Assembly: GCA_964035545.1 (NCBI GenBank)
Contig: CAXIUT010000230.1
Coordinates: 310,001 to 374,000, forward strand
Reading direction: 5' to 3'
Length of the DNA: 64,000 bases
Source of the DNA: Bugula neritina
Taxonomy: Eukaryota > Animalia > Bryozoa
Position numbers and translations under genes: made by a program. Numbering within the stretch: the stretch's first letter is position 1; each line of letters opens with the position of its first letter. Of the stretch, positions 63,761 through 64,000 are shown in pieces. The notes beneath the pieces are model-generated. The model was not told the origin of the DNA, did no database searches, and saw only the letters and a list, made by a program, of their open reading frames with translations.

Positions 63761-64000
63761 CTGCAACACACTGACAAACACTGCAAAATACTGTAACACA
63801 CTGAAATATACTGCAAAACGCTGAAATACACTGCTACATACTGAAATATACTGCAACACAGTGCAACATGCTGCAACATACTAAAATATACCGCAACATA
63901 CTGAAATACACTGCAAAATACTGAAATACACTGTAACATACTGAAATATACTGCGACACATTGAAATATACTTTAACATACTGAAATATGCTGTAGCACA

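Larger units (their letters stand above)
1..64000. repeat. Tandem satellite array of 10-bp monomers (alternating A: GYAACAYACT and B: GAAATAYACT), extending beyond both window edges
   Basis: Every line parses into decamers ending in ACT/ATT and starting with G. Columns of 10 stay in register for kilobases (e.g. 1813-7800, 35001-42090). Orientation is the same throughout and no non-repeat sequence was seen. Confidence 0.99.

Noticed and set aside
178-63939. Hundreds of minus-strand ORFs (61-257 aa) such as MYFSMLQYISVCCS…, superficially Cys-rich or membrane proteins
   Set aside because: They overlap in all three frames with the same periodic peptide, as expected from a stop-free 10/20-bp repeat. 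Stops come from sporadic variants (GCTA, CTAA, TTAA). There is no domain, codon structure or frame preference, and the indels ignore frame.
1-64000. CRISPR-like repeat-spacer array or diversity cassette system
   Set aside because: There are no unique spacers. Sequence between landmarks is the same decamer satellite and is itself repeated. No cas, recombinase or reverse transcriptase genes are present.
1-64000. Telomeric repeat array
   Set aside because: There are no G-runs on either strand of the consensus. The variant pattern is copied in kb blocks, which fits recombinational amplification rather than telomerase templating. A subtelomeric location cannot be excluded.

Overview
The whole 64 kb is one uninterrupted, single-orientation tandem satellite array, probably eukaryotic heterochromatin or (peri)centromeric DNA. 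I find no credible gene, RNA gene, transposon, CRISPR array or unique sequence. The basic monomer is 10 bp in two alternating forms, A = G(C/T)AACA(C/T)ACT and B = GAAATA(C/T)ACT. These give a 20-bp dimer and a common 40-mer, GCAACATACT GAAATACACT GTAACATACT GAAATATACT (about 30% GC, + strand about 45% A and 10% G by hand count of that 40-mer). Above this sits a nested higher-order repeat (HOR) hierarchy: 140+120 = 260 bp subunits, an older ~260-360 bp tier, 930/1670/2200/3538 bp modules, a 7408 bp super-unit (1670+2200+3538), recent tandem duplications of 1670, 1970, 2162, 4189 and 4838 bp, and long-range copies at ~19-23 kb and ~58-60 kb offsets. Almost all rearrangements preserve the 10-bp register. 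All listed ORFs are minus-strand translations of the repeat and are rejected as genes. I see no protein-coding system. The notable biology is the phase-locked multi-tier architecture of a decamer satellite. Offsets come from diagnostic variants and repeated ORF coordinates, block boundaries are approximate (tens of bp), and the organism cannot be determined from the sequence.
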